Origin: an uncultured bacterium
GTDB lineage: Bacteria > Actinomycetota > Acidimicrobiia > Spongiisociales > UBA5794
Direction of reading: 5' to 3'
Assembly (NCBI GenBank): GCA_963801165.1
Contig: CAWDDT010000001.1
Span: 1,917 to 65,916, forward strand
Length of the DNA: 64,000 nucleotides
The notes below the pieces were generated by a model that was not told the DNA's origin, made no database searches, and was given only the letters and a program-made list of their open reading frames with translations. Numbering within the stretch: the stretch's first letter is position 1; every line of letters starts with the position of its first letter. Made by a program: the position numbers and the translations under genes. Of the stretch, positions 26,630 through 35,660 are shown one piece after another.

Positions 26630-27376
26630 TCATACGGCTTCTCCGAGGAAAGCCGCCATCCCCGCCCGGGCCTCCGCCGTGAGGAACTGCTGGACAAACG
26701 CCGATCGCTCATCCTCGAGGCGGGCGGCGATCACGTCGACGTCTCGGGAGAGCAGACGCTTGATGCTGGCCGTCGAACCCTGCTTCATCGCCGCGATCTC
26801 GCTTGCCAGCGTGACCGCCCGATCGCGGATTGTCTCTGCGGGCAACACGTCGGAGGCGAGTCCCCAGTCGACTGTTTCCTCAGCCGTGATCGATTCGTTG
26901 CGAAGCAGGATCAGGGCCGTCCGTTTCTCTCCAATCAGGTCGGGAAGGAGGGCGGTCCAGCCGCCGTCCGGAGAGAAACCGACCTCCGAGTACCACGGTG
27001 TGATCGTCACCCCGGGACTCACCAGGACCACGTCGGACGCCAGCAGGAGCCCGAGCGACCCGCCGGTGACGATGCCGTGTACCGCAGTGACGATCGGCTG
27101 GGGCAGGCGCATCATGGCCAGCATCGCCCGGTTCAACAGGCCCACAACCTCGCGGGCGTACCGTTCGGGTTCGGCCGCATCGAAGAATGCGCGAACATCG
27201 CCCCCCGTCGAGAACGAGCGTCCCTCTGCCGTCAGCACGACGACGCGAGCGTCGTTCCCCACATCGCCGAAGGCCGCCAGTAGGTCTTCGAGCAACTCGG
27301 GAACGAGGCTGTTGTGCCGCTCCGGGCGGCTCAGCGTGACGGTTGCGATATGGCCCGTCGCCGTGGTCTTGATCAA
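26630..27376 (-). CDS. Enoyl-CoA hydratase/isomerase (crotonase) family
   Basis: TVTLSRPERHNSL...VVVLTAEGRSFSTGGDV...AVHGIVTGGSLGLLLASD. Confidence 0.85.
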   Translation of the reverse strand: MIKTTATGHIATVTLSRPERHNSLVPELLEDLLAAFGDVGNDARVVVLTAEGRSFSTGGDVRAFFDAAEPERYAREVVGLLNRAMLAMMRLPQPIVTAVHGIVTGGSLGLLLASDVVLVSPGVTITPWYSEVGFSPDGGWTALLPDLIGEKRTALILLRNESITAEETVDWGLASDVLPAETIRDRAVTLASEIAAMKQGSTASIKRLLSRDVDVIAARLEDERSAFVQQFLTAEARAGMAAFLGEAV

Positions 27377-28890
27377 CTCGACGGCCCTGTGACTGGTGCG
27401 ATGCCCTCACGAAGCTCACGTTTGAGGACCTTGCCGGCGGCGTTGCGGGGTAGCACGGAGGTCACTGACACGCGCTTGGGGATCTTGTAGCGCGCCAGCT
27501 TGCCCTGGCAGAATCCGAGCAGCTCGTCCTGGTCGAACCCATCCGGGTCGCGGGGCACGACGACGGCCACCCCGATCTCGCCCCAGCGCTCGTCGGGGAC
27601 ACCGATCACCGCGACGTCGAGAACGTTCGGGTGATGGAAGAGCACCTGCTCCACCTCGGCCGGGTACACGTTCTCGCCACCCGAGATGAACATGTCCTTC
27701 CACCGGTCGACGATGTACACGTAACCGTCCGCATCGACGCGGGCGGCATCACCGGTGTGCAGCCATCCGTTCGTGAAGGACGCCTCGTTGGCCTCGGGCC
27801 GCTCCCAGTATCCCGGGGTTACGTTCGGGCCGCTCACCCACAGCTCGCCGATCGCGTCGGTGTCCGCATCGACACCGTCCTCGTCGACGACCCGTATCCG
27901 GGTGTGCAAGGTCGGCTTGCCCACAGACCCCGCCTTGGCGAGGGCGTGGGCCTCGTCGGTGAGGAACACGGTCGGGCTGGTCTCGGTGAGACCCATCCCT
28001 TGCCGGATGACAACACCTCGGGCGGCGTAGCGCTCGAGAAGCGCCACCGGCATCGGCGCACCGCCACAGGCCCAGGATTGAACCTTGCCGAGGTCGGCTG
28101 TCTCCCAGCCAGGATGTTCGGCGAGGAACTGGTAGATCGCGGGCACGCCGAAGAAGTGCGTAACCTCCCCGCTCTCCAGCCACCACAGCACCCTCCCGGG
28201 GTCGAACTCGGCAAGGTTGATCGAACGAGCGCCGAGATGGAGGCACGGGGTCGTGTACAAGTTCAGCCCACCGGCGTGGAAGGTGGGCAGCACGTTGAGG
28301 TTTGTCGATTTCGACGTGAGACCGACGGCGTGGCCGATGTTGATGGCGTTCCAGAAGAACATCCCGTGAGTGCAGACGGCGCCCTTGGGATGGCCCGTCG
28401 TGCCCGAGGTGTACAGGATCGCCCACGGGTCGTCGTGGGTTGCGGCGACAGGCCCGACCGCGGTGGGATCGCTGGCCGCCTTGGCCGCCTCGAACTCGTC
28501 ACCGAGAGCGAGCCTGATAGGTGTGTCCAACTCGTTCGCAGCTTCGGCGAATTCCGGGGCGTAGATGAGAACCAGGGGACGGCAATCCGAGACGATGAAC
28601 TGGAGCTCGGGAACGGCGAGCCGCCAGTTGAGCGGGACGAGGACGGCGGTTAGCTTGGCGCAGGCGAACAGCGCCTCGAACGTGTCGGTGGTATTGCCGG
28701 AGAGAAACGCCACCCGGTCGCCCACCCCGACGCCGTTGCGGGCGAGCCAGGCAGCCAGACGTCTGCTCCGGTCCTCGAGATCGACGTAGGTCAGGGTGAG
28801 GTCACGCCCGTCGTCGATCAGAGCGACGGACTCCGGGCTGAGATCCGCATGGTGGCCGATCCAGTCGAAGGCCGGGACCGGTGCTGGCAT
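27373..28890 (-). CDS. AMP-dependent acyl-CoA synthetase/ligase
   Basis: ILYTSGTTGHPKG, QGMGLTE, TGDAARVDADGYVYIVDRWKDMFISGGENVYP, GKVLKREL. The stop overlaps the crotonase start. Confidence 0.9.
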   Translation of the reverse strand: MPAPVPAFDWIGHHADLSPESVALIDDGRDLTLTYVDLEDRSRRLAAWLARNGVGVGDRVAFLSGNTTDTFEALFACAKLTAVLVPLNWRLAVPELQFIVSDCRPLVLIYAPEFAEAANELDTPIRLALGDEFEAAKAASDPTAVGPVAATHDDPWAILYTSGTTGHPKGAVCTHGMFFWNAINIGHAVGLTSKSTNLNVLPTFHAGGLNLYTTPCLHLGARSINLAEFDPGRVLWWLESGEVTHFFGVPAIYQFLAEHPGWETADLGKVQSWACGGAPMPVALLERYAARGVVIRQGMGLTETSPTVFLTDEAHALAKAGSVGKPTLHTRIRVVDEDGVDADTDAIGELWVSGPNVTPGYWERPEANEASFTNGWLHTGDAARVDADGYVYIVDRWKDMFISGGENVYPAEVEQVLFHHPNVLDVAVIGVPDERWGEIGVAVVVPRDPDGFDQDELLGFCQGKLARYKIPKRVSVTSVLPRNAAGKVLKRELREGIAPVTGPSS

Positions 28891-28902
28891 GAGAGCCTCC
28901 TA

Positions 28903-29991
28903 TCAATCGGATGCGGGTGATTCCTCTCTGTCCCCGGTCGCCAGACGCAGGAGCCGGTTCCGCCCCTCCCTGAGGCGCAGAGATCGCACGCGCCACGTGC
29001 CGACGATCCCGTACGGCAGGTACAAGACGATGGCCACGTAGGCGACACCGATCAACAGCGCCGAGGTGCCCCCGAACCAGCGATCGAGGTAGTACTCGAG
29101 AAGACGGAAGACGGCGGCGCCGACGACCGCGCCACTGATCGTTCCCAGCCCGCCGATGAGGACGACGAGCAGTGCGGTCACCATCCACCCCAGCGAGGCG
29201 ACATTAGGGGTGATGATGGGCTCGTGGATGGCATGGAGTACACCGGCCAGGGACGCCGTCACCGAGCCGACCGCGAGCGCCAGCACCTTGAACCAGAACG
29301 TGTTGTATCCCAGCATCAACGCCCGGTCCTCGTTCTCCCTGATGGCGGTGAGCACCTTCCCGGCGGGGGAGTCCACGATCCGGGTGAACACCAGGTAGGT
29401 GACCACGACGAGAGCCAGCGACGCCAGGTACAGCAGGAATCGCTCGTTGGTTGTGTCGAGGAACCACACAGGAGCCGGCACACCCTGTAGACCGATCTCT
29501 GCGCCCGCCCACTTCTGGAGGTCGCTCGACTGGATGACGATCCAGAACACCGACGCAAACCCGAGGGTCACCAGCGCATACGCGATCCCGCGTACCCGGG
29601 GGAGCACAACGGCAAAGAGCAGTGCCTGGAGCACGGCGGCCACCAGCACCACCAGCAGGGCGATGATCCAGTTCAGCTCGAATGTCTTCAGCGCGATCCC
29701 GAAGGTGTATGCGCCGACGGCGAAGAACATGGCGTGGCCAAACGACAGCAAACCGGTGATGCCGAGGATGAGGTCGTAGCTGATGGCGTAGAGGGCGAGG
29801 ATGAAGATCTCGATGGCGAGACCCTGGAGGAACCGGGCGTTCCCCTGGTCGTTGTTGATCACGGCACTGACGCCTGCGCCGTCGACCAGGATCGACACGA
29901 GGAATGGGAACAGCACCATCAGCCCGGTGACGATCAGCAATCCGCGGCGGCGGACCCACCAGCGCTGCCGGGTGCCCGGGAGCCCCGTCAT
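28903..29991 (-). CDS. Branched-chain-amino-acid-type (HAAT family) ABC permease, LivM-like
   Basis: 362 aa and multi-TM, with the LILGITGLLSFGHAMFFAVGAY motif of the LivM/BraE family. Confidence 0.85.
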   Translation of the reverse strand: MTGLPGTRQRWWVRRRGLLIVTGLMVLFPFLVSILVDGAGVSAVINNDQGNARFLQGLAIEIFILALYAISYDLILGITGLLSFGHAMFFAVGAYTFGIALKTFELNWIIALLVVLVAAVLQALLFAVVLPRVRGIAYALVTLGFASVFWIVIQSSDLQKWAGAEIGLQGVPAPVWFLDTTNERFLLYLASLALVVVTYLVFTRIVDSPAGKVLTAIRENEDRALMLGYNTFWFKVLALAVGSVTASLAGVLHAIHEPIITPNVASLGWMVTALLVVLIGGLGTISGAVVGAAVFRLLEYYLDRWFGGTSALLIGVAYVAIVLYLPYGIVGTWRVRSLRLREGRNRLLRLATGDREESPASD

Positions 29992-31607
29992 CGCTCAGCC
30001 CTTCCGAAGAGACCTGTGGGCAACACCAGAAGGATGACGACCATGAGCAAGATGGCGGCGGCCGGGACCAGTGTCGGGGAGGGTTTGAACGGTTCGGTCA
30101 TGAAGGGCAGGTTGATGCCGCTCTGGCCGTAGCGAATGATTATCTGTTGGAGCAACCCGACGAGCACCGCACCGGCTGCCGCACCGGGGAAGCTGGTCAG
30201 CCCGCCGACTGCGAGCGCCACGATCGCCGACAGCAGGAATGTGGCGCCCATACCCGGGTTCAGGCCGATCGACGGTGCGGCCAGGACTCCACCGAGGGCG
30301 GCGAGCGCCGATCCCATGGCGAATACGGTGGTGAAGACGCGGCGGACGTTGATGCCGAGAGCCTGCACCATCTCGGGGTCCTGGACACCCGCACGGATCA
30401 CCATGCCGATCCTGGTCCTCTTCAGCAGCGTCGTCACCCCGACGAGCACGATGATCCCGACCACGATCACGAAGCCCTCGTTGTACACCCGCAACCGGGT
30501 GCCGAACAGATCGACGGTGGAGCAGCCGCTGAAGAATCCCCCGATGCCCTGACCGGGGCATCCGGCGCCGGTTCCGTCGAACGCAGCGGGACGGGCCATG
30601 GTGAAGGAGGGACGACCCCAGACGTCTCTGACTATCTCGACGATGATGAAGCCGACACCAAGGGTGATCATCAGCTGGTAGATGGGCCGGTCGTAGAGCG
30701 GCCGGATCAGCACCACCTCGATGAGGGCACCAACCACGGCTCCGACCACCACCGAGATCACCAACGCCAATAGGAACCGCCAGGTCGTGCTCAGGCCGAA
30801 CACCCAGTCGTTGAGCGGGCCCTTCACCAGATGGAGCACGATGGCGGCAGCAATCATCCCGGCTAGCCCGAGGACATGGGAGCGCCGGAGCGGCGTGTGG
30901 TCGGCAGGCTGGCTGCGAACCATGCTGAAGCCGCACGCCAGGGCGGCTCCGCCTGCCAGCACGACGAGTATCGCGACGATTGCGGGCCAACCGAACGAGT
31001 CGGCCGGCAAGGGGGCCAGCGTGCCCAGGCCGATCTGCACGGACAGGTTGGCAGGGCTGCGCGTGAAATCGTCGGGGCTCCAGATGACCAGCGGGAACTT
31101 GGTGACGCCCACGAGAACGGCGCCGGCACCGGCGAGCAGCAGACCCCAGCGGATGGGGCGTCGCCATCGAACCCGCCCGATACGCGCGGCCAATCGCTGC
31201 CACCCGGGTAGTACCGCAAACGGCGCCGCCACTATTAGGAGCGGAACCAGCACGTCGACGACGGTGTCGAAGCGGGTGTAGACCGTCCATCCCACGTATG
31301 CACCCAGCATGAACAGCTCACCGTGCGCCAGGTTGAGAACGTCCATCAAGCCGAAGATCAAGGAGAGACCCGAAGCCACCAGGAATGTGATCGCTCCCAC
31401 CGAAAGGCCCTGCATGACGGTGGAGAACCAATCGCCGGCGTCGATCCCCGCCATCGCGGCCAGGAACAGGAACAGCAGCACCGCCAGCACCGTGACCCGC
31501 GCCCGGTTCTCCCTCAGCCATTCGGAGCGGCGTGCCGCCCTGCTGTCGCCGGTTGCCGTCGTGGCCGTCATCGGCTCACCCGCCATCGACGAAGCGGGCA
31601 GCGGCAA
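29988..31607 (-). CDS. HAAT-family ABC permease, LivH-like, with a large internal hydrophobic insertion
   Basis: 539 aa. LIFGLMDVLNLAHGELFMLGAY (LivH signature) and LIRPLYDRP...GVGFII are separated by about 190 aa rather than the usual about 50 (by-eye estimate). Confidence 0.8.
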   Translation of the reverse strand: MPLPASSMAGEPMTATTATGDSRAARRSEWLRENRARVTVLAVLLFLFLAAMAGIDAGDWFSTVMQGLSVGAITFLVASGLSLIFGLMDVLNLAHGELFMLGAYVGWTVYTRFDTVVDVLVPLLIVAAPFAVLPGWQRLAARIGRVRWRRPIRWGLLLAGAGAVLVGVTKFPLVIWSPDDFTRSPANLSVQIGLGTLAPLPADSFGWPAIVAILVVLAGGAALACGFSMVRSQPADHTPLRRSHVLGLAGMIAAAIVLHLVKGPLNDWVFGLSTTWRFLLALVISVVVGAVVGALIEVVLIRPLYDRPIYQLMITLGVGFIIVEIVRDVWGRPSFTMARPAAFDGTGAGCPGQGIGGFFSGCSTVDLFGTRLRVYNEGFVIVVGIIVLVGVTTLLKRTRIGMVIRAGVQDPEMVQALGINVRRVFTTVFAMGSALAALGGVLAAPSIGLNPGMGATFLLSAIVALAVGGLTSFPGAAAGAVLVGLLQQIIIRYGQSGINLPFMTEPFKPSPTLVPAAAILLMVVILLVLPTGLFGRAER

Positions 31608-31616
31608 CTGTGAAGC

Positions 31617-32318
31617 TCATCCCGCACCGAGGTACCTCCTGACGGTCTCGTGATCGTCGACGAGGTCGCTCATGGCGCCCGTCTGTACGCTGCGACCCTC
31701 CTCGACGATGGTGTAGTGGTCGGCCAGCCTGCTGGCGACGATGAAGTTCTGCTCGACGAGCAGCACCGTTAGGTGGGAGGAGAGTTGTCGGATGGCCTCC
31801 ATCATCTGCTCGATGATCACGGGCGCCAGACCCTCGCTCGGCTCGTCGATGAGAAGGAGCCGGTTGTCGGGTACGAGCGATCGCGCCACCGCCAGCATCT
31901 GCTGCTGACCACCCGACAGGTTGGTGCCGGGCAGCCGGATCAGCCGTTTGAGATCGGGGAACAGCCCGAAGATCAGCTCCTCCTTGCGGGCCAGGTCACC
32001 CTTGCTGCGCTCGGCGATGCGGAGGTTCTCGCCGACGCTGAGGTCGGAGAAGATCGCCCGGTGCTCCGGCACGTAACCGACGCCGAGATTGGCGATGTCG
32101 AAGCTGCGCATCCCCGTGATGTCTTCATCGGCGAACCGCACCGACCCGGAGCGGGGCGGCGTCAAGCCGAGGATGGTCTTTAGTGTGGTCGTTTTGCCGG
32201 CGCCGTTGCGGCCGAGCAACGCGACGATGTCGCCTTCGGGCACGTCGAGGGACACTCCCTCGAGAATGTGGAACTGGCCGATGAATGTGTGTACGTCGTT
32301 GACCTCGAGGAGGCTCAC
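31617..32318 (-). CDS. HAAT-family ABC ATP-binding protein, LivF-like
   Basis: GRNGAGKTT, LSGGQQQMLAVARSL, LLLIDEPSEGLAP. Confidence 0.9.
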   Translation of the reverse strand: MSLLEVNDVHTFIGQFHILEGVSLDVPEGDIVALLGRNGAGKTTTLKTILGLTPPRSGSVRFADEDITGMRSFDIANLGVGYVPEHRAIFSDLSVGENLRIAERSKGDLARKEELIFGLFPDLKRLIRLPGTNLSGGQQQMLAVARSLVPDNRLLLIDEPSEGLAPVIIEQMMEAIRQLSSHLTVLLVEQNFIVASRLADHYTIVEEGRSVQTGAMSDLVDDHETVRRYLGAG

Positions 32319-33088
32319 GATGTCCCTCCCGCCTCGCGGTAGAGGTCACCCAGATAGGCCGTCTGCACCCTCTCGTCGGCGGAGATGTCGGCAGGCGTTC
32401 CCTCTGCCAGCAGTGAGCCCTGGTGCATCACCGTGATCCGATCCGACACCGACATGACGACGTTCATGTTGTGTTCGACGAGCACGACCGTCTTGTCCCC
32501 GGCCGACTGGATCTCCTGAACGAGTTGCATCAGCTCCGGCACCTGCTCGGCGGCCATCCCGGCGGTTGGCTCGTCGAGCATCAAGACCCGGGGGTCGGGA
32601 GCGAGGATCATCCCCAGCTCGAGTTTCCGTTGATCACCGTGGGGCAGGGTTCTGGCCGGGGCCTGGGCGCGGCCGGTGAGACCGACCTGCTCCAGGACCT
32701 CGGCGGCTCGAGCGGCCGGTTCGGTCAACCGGAGGTGTGAGCGGAAGAGCTGATAATTCCCGCGGCCCATCGCCTGGGCGGCGAGCCGGACGTTCTCGAA
32801 CACCGTCAGGTTGGGGAAGATGTTGGTGATCTGGAACGAACGCCCGATGCCGCGATGGATGGTGCGGTGTACCGGGAGATCGGTGATGTCGTCTCCCTGG
32901 TAGAAAACCCGTCCCGACGTCGGCGCCAGGGTCCCGCTCACGAGATTGAAAAATGTTGTCTTGCCGGCTCCGTTGGGGCCGATGATCGAGTGCAGCGAGC
33001 CCTCTTCGATGGCGACACTGACGTCGTCTACCGCCACCAATGCACCGAACTCGCGGCGCAGGTTCACCGTCTCGAGGATCGCGGTCAC
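32315..33088 (-). CDS. HAAT-family ABC ATP-binding protein, LivG-like
   Basis: GPNGAGKTTFFN, LPHGDQRKLELGMIL, VLMLDEPTAGM. Confidence 0.9.
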   Translation of the reverse strand: MTAILETVNLRREFGALVAVDDVSVAIEEGSLHSIIGPNGAGKTTFFNLVSGTLAPTSGRVFYQGDDITDLPVHRTIHRGIGRSFQITNIFPNLTVFENVRLAAQAMGRGNYQLFRSHLRLTEPAARAAEVLEQVGLTGRAQAPARTLPHGDQRKLELGMILAPDPRVLMLDEPTAGMAAEQVPELMQLVQEIQSAGDKTVVLVEHNMNVVMSVSDRITVMHQGSLLAEGTPADISADERVQTAYLGDLYREAGGTS

Positions 33089-33114
33089 AGCTCCTCCATG
33101 CCGTTTTCTCGATT

Positions 33115-33147
33115 ACGAGGGGGGGTGGGCGGGCCCACCCCCCTCGT
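33115..33147 (-). promoter_or_regulatory. Strong GC-rich intercistronic hairpin between the binding-protein gene and livG-like gene
   Basis: ACGAGGGGGGGTGGGC / GCCCACCCCCCTCGT arms (one-G bulge) read from the sequence. No U-tract follows on the transcribed strand, so it is more likely an mRNA-stabilising or attenuating stem than a full terminator. Confidence 0.45.
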
Positions 33148-33160
33148 GTGTTTCAGTCTC

Positions 33161-34573
33161 TCAGTTGCCGCTCAGACTGCCCACGGGCAGGCTGCCGCAG
33201 CGGCTCGTGTAGTCACCCTCGAGCAGACACGGCGGCTCGGGGCGCACCGTGGCGACGTTCTCGAAGAACTTGAACTCGGGGTCGTCCAGGTTCGTCAGCT
33301 TGACGATGTACATGTCCTGGAGCGCTACGTGGTCCTCGGGCCGGATGTCAATCGTGCCCTTGGGGCCTTCGAAGCTCATGCCTTCCATCACACCGCGCAG
33401 GCTGTCGGCGTCTGCCGCTCCGCCCGTCGCCTTCAGCGCCTCAACGACCATGATCGCCGCGTTCATGCCGTCGGCGTCGAACAGGTCGGGGAAAGCACCC
33501 TCGTCCTTTGCCGCGGCAACGAGATAATCGTTGATCGCGTTATTGGGGGCGGTGTAGTGGTAGATGATTGTCGACGTGGTACCAATGGCGTTGCCGAAGA
33601 ACGCCGGCAGGACCACGTTGTCGACAAACGGCGATCCGAGCACTGTGTTGTCGTCGATAACGCTGAGGTCGATGGCTGCCTGGAGCAGCGGCACGAACCC
33701 ACCGCCTGCCCAGGTGACCAGGAAGGCATTGGCGTCGGTGTTGGCGAGCGGCTGCAGGTACGTCGTGAAGTCCGTGGTATCGGCCGGGGCGAAAATGTCG
33801 TCGGCCAGGAACTCTCCGCCGTAGAACGTGCACGAGTCCCGGTATGCCTGAGCACCTCCGTATCCGAACGAGTAGTCGGGGGCAATCTGTACGAACGTCT
33901 TGTAGCCGTCGTTGTTGACGAACTGGTCACAAATGGCCATGCCGTCCTGGTAGTTCTCCCGGCTGACCCGGAACGTGTTCGGGTTGAAGTCCTTGCCGGT
34001 GAGATCGTTGGCCGCCGCAGGCGCCGCGATCAGAATGACGTTGTTGTCCATCGCCAATGACTGCAGGCCGGCCGTGGATCCGGAGCTAACCGTGCCGACG
34101 ATGATGTCGGCGCCGTTGACCTCGATCAGCTCGCGGCCGATCGTGGCGGTGGTGTCCGCGTCACCCTTGTCGTCGCGGTAGATCACGTGGATCTCGCAGT
34201 TGTCGACCATGTACGTCTGTTCGGTGCCGTCTTGTACGCCTGCCTGGACATCGCTGCCGGTGGCATAGGCGAACCCGATGGGCACGGACCGCATCATGTG
34301 GGCACCGTAGATGGCGAGCGCCCCCGACATGTCGGTGATGACACCGACCGTCACAGGCTCTGCACAGGTGACACCCTCGGCCATGGCGGTGGTCTCGGTC
34401 ATAGCCGTCGTCTCGGTCATTGCTGTCGTCGTGGTCGCCGCGGTGGTCTCCGTCGCAGCCTGGGTTGTGCCCGGGGCTGCGGTGGTTGTCGTAGCCGCGT
34501 CGTCACCACCGCACGCGGTGGCGAGCATCGCCACCACCGCCAGCAGCAACAGCAGCTTGATAGCTTTCCTCAT
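33161..34573 (-). CDS. ABC substrate-binding lipoprotein (LivK/Peripla_BP_6-like) with a Thr/Ala-rich linker
   Basis: Lipobox MRKAIKLLLLLAVVAMLATACGG, then TTTTAAPGTTQAATETTAATTTTAMTETTAMTETTAMAEG, then a type I periplasmic-binding-fold body. Confidence 0.85.
   Translation of the reverse strand: MRKAIKLLLLLAVVAMLATACGGDDAATTTTAAPGTTQAATETTAATTTTAMTETTAMTETTAMAEGVTCAEPVTVGVITDMSGALAIYGAHMMRSVPIGFAYATGSDVQAGVQDGTEQTYMVDNCEIHVIYRDDKGDADTTATIGRELIEVNGADIIVGTVSSGSTAGLQSLAMDNNVILIAAPAAANDLTGKDFNPNTFRVSRENYQDGMAICDQFVNNDGYKTFVQIAPDYSFGYGGAQAYRDSCTFYGGEFLADDIFAPADTTDFTTYLQPLANTDANAFLVTWAGGGFVPLLQAAIDLSVIDDNTVLGSPFVDNVVLPAFFGNAIGTTSTIIYHYTAPNNAINDYLVAAAKDEGAFPDLFDADGMNAAIMVVEALKATGGAADADSLRGVMEGMSFEGPKGTIDIRPEDHVALQDMYIVKLTNLDDPEFKFFENVATVRPEPPCLLEGDYTSRCGSLPVGSLSGN
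34392..34427. repeat. 18-bp tandem duplication (16/18 identical) encoding TAMTET/TAMTET in the binding-protein linker
   Basis: GTCTCGGTCATAGCCGTC / GTCTCGGTCATTGCTGTC read directly from the plus strand. Confidence 0.8.
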
Positions 34574-34601
34574 CTGTTCCTCCTCCGTCTTCTTCTCTTA
34601 C

Positions 34602-35660
34602 TCAGTTGTTCCCGAGGAATGCTTGGAGCACCTCGTCGAACTCTTCCGGTTTGTCGATGAACGGCACATGGCCGCACCCCTCCATCACGATCTCCTCGTA
34701 GGTCCCCCCGGCGCCGGCATAGCGCTCGAGGGTGGCCCGAATCTGATCGAGCATTGGCTGTGGCGGGAAAACGTCGGTCCCGGGGTAGCCGGGGATGAGC
34801 CCGGTCGGGCCGAGAGTTGCGATGTCCGCGGCTGCGGCGTTCGATACCGCCACGTCGTTCTCGCCGCGCAGCCATAGGATCTGTGGTTTCGGGTCCGCCG
34901 TCGCGATAGCAGCAGGGTCGGTCCCGTACTTGCACGAGATGGCGTTGTTCGGCCCCCAGACCCCGGGTGCCACGTACGGCCAGTTCGGTGACGGCGTCAC
35001 GTCGCCGGGGTAGGCGTCGTCACCGAGGTGGATCTGGAGAACGCTGGCGACGTACTCGTCCTCGCGCCGGGGCGGCTCAACCCACGTGCGTGCCCGGAAC
35101 ACCGCCCGGGGCGAGAACGGGGTGTCTGCGGTCGTGTCGCCTTCCCGGATCGCTACGACGAACTTGGGATGGATCAACCCGCCGCCGCCTCCTGCGTAGT
35201 CGTCGTAGCAGGGCGTTCCGGCGACGTCCTTGGTGCCGCCGAAGCCGTATGGTGAGCCGGGGCACACCTGAGCCACCTTGCCGAGCCGGTCCGGGTAGTT
35301 GGCGATCAGCCACCAGACAACGTTGCCTCCGAGCGAGCTTGCCACCATGTGGGCCCGGTCATAGCCGTAATTGTCGAGCAGGGCGATCAGGTCGTCACCC
35401 CAATCTCCCATCCCCCGGGTGGCGTCGATCTTCGCCGACGTGTCGGCTTCGCCGAATCCACGCAGATCGGGAGCGATCGCCCGGAACCCGGAGGGGAGAG
35501 TGACCATATTGTCCTCCCACCAGGTGGCCGATGAATGGTTGCCGTGCAGGAAGATCACCGGTGTCCCGTCGTCCGGCCCGGCGGTGAGCACTCTGGTTGT
35601 GATGCGTGGGGTGGTCACTGTTGTGGCGGTGACGCCGGCGACGGTTGGGATCTTCGTCAT
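34602..35660 (-). CDS. Alpha/beta-fold hydrolase
   Basis: Start at the internal ATG 35660, which forms an ATGA overlap with the upstream gene. PVIFLHGNHSS (oxyanion region), MVASSLGG (nucleophile elbow), GCGHVPF (catalytic His region). Confidence 0.8.
   Translation of the reverse strand: MTKIPTVAGVTATTVTTPRITTRVLTAGPDDGTPVIFLHGNHSSATWWEDNMVTLPSGFRAIAPDLRGFGEADTSAKIDATRGMGDWGDDLIALLDNYGYDRAHMVASSLGGNVVWWLIANYPDRLGKVAQVCPGSPYGFGGTKDVAGTPCYDDYAGGGGGLIHPKFVVAIREGDTTADTPFSPRAVFRARTWVEPPRREDEYVASVLQIHLGDDAYPGDVTPSPNWPYVAPGVWGPNNAISCKYGTDPAAIATADPKPQILWLRGENDVAVSNAAAADIATLGPTGLIPGYPGTDVFPPQPMLDQIRATLERYAGAGGTYEEIVMEGCGHVPFIDKPEEFDEVLQAFLGNN

Noticed and set aside
29995-31290. 431-aa same-strand, out-of-frame ORF inside the LivH-like gene; likewise 42933-44219 inside GH15 and 40491-41480 inside the APC permease/zwf
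   Set aside because: The alternative frames give extremely Arg/Pro-rich products. The annotated frames give coherent TM or catalytic motifs.
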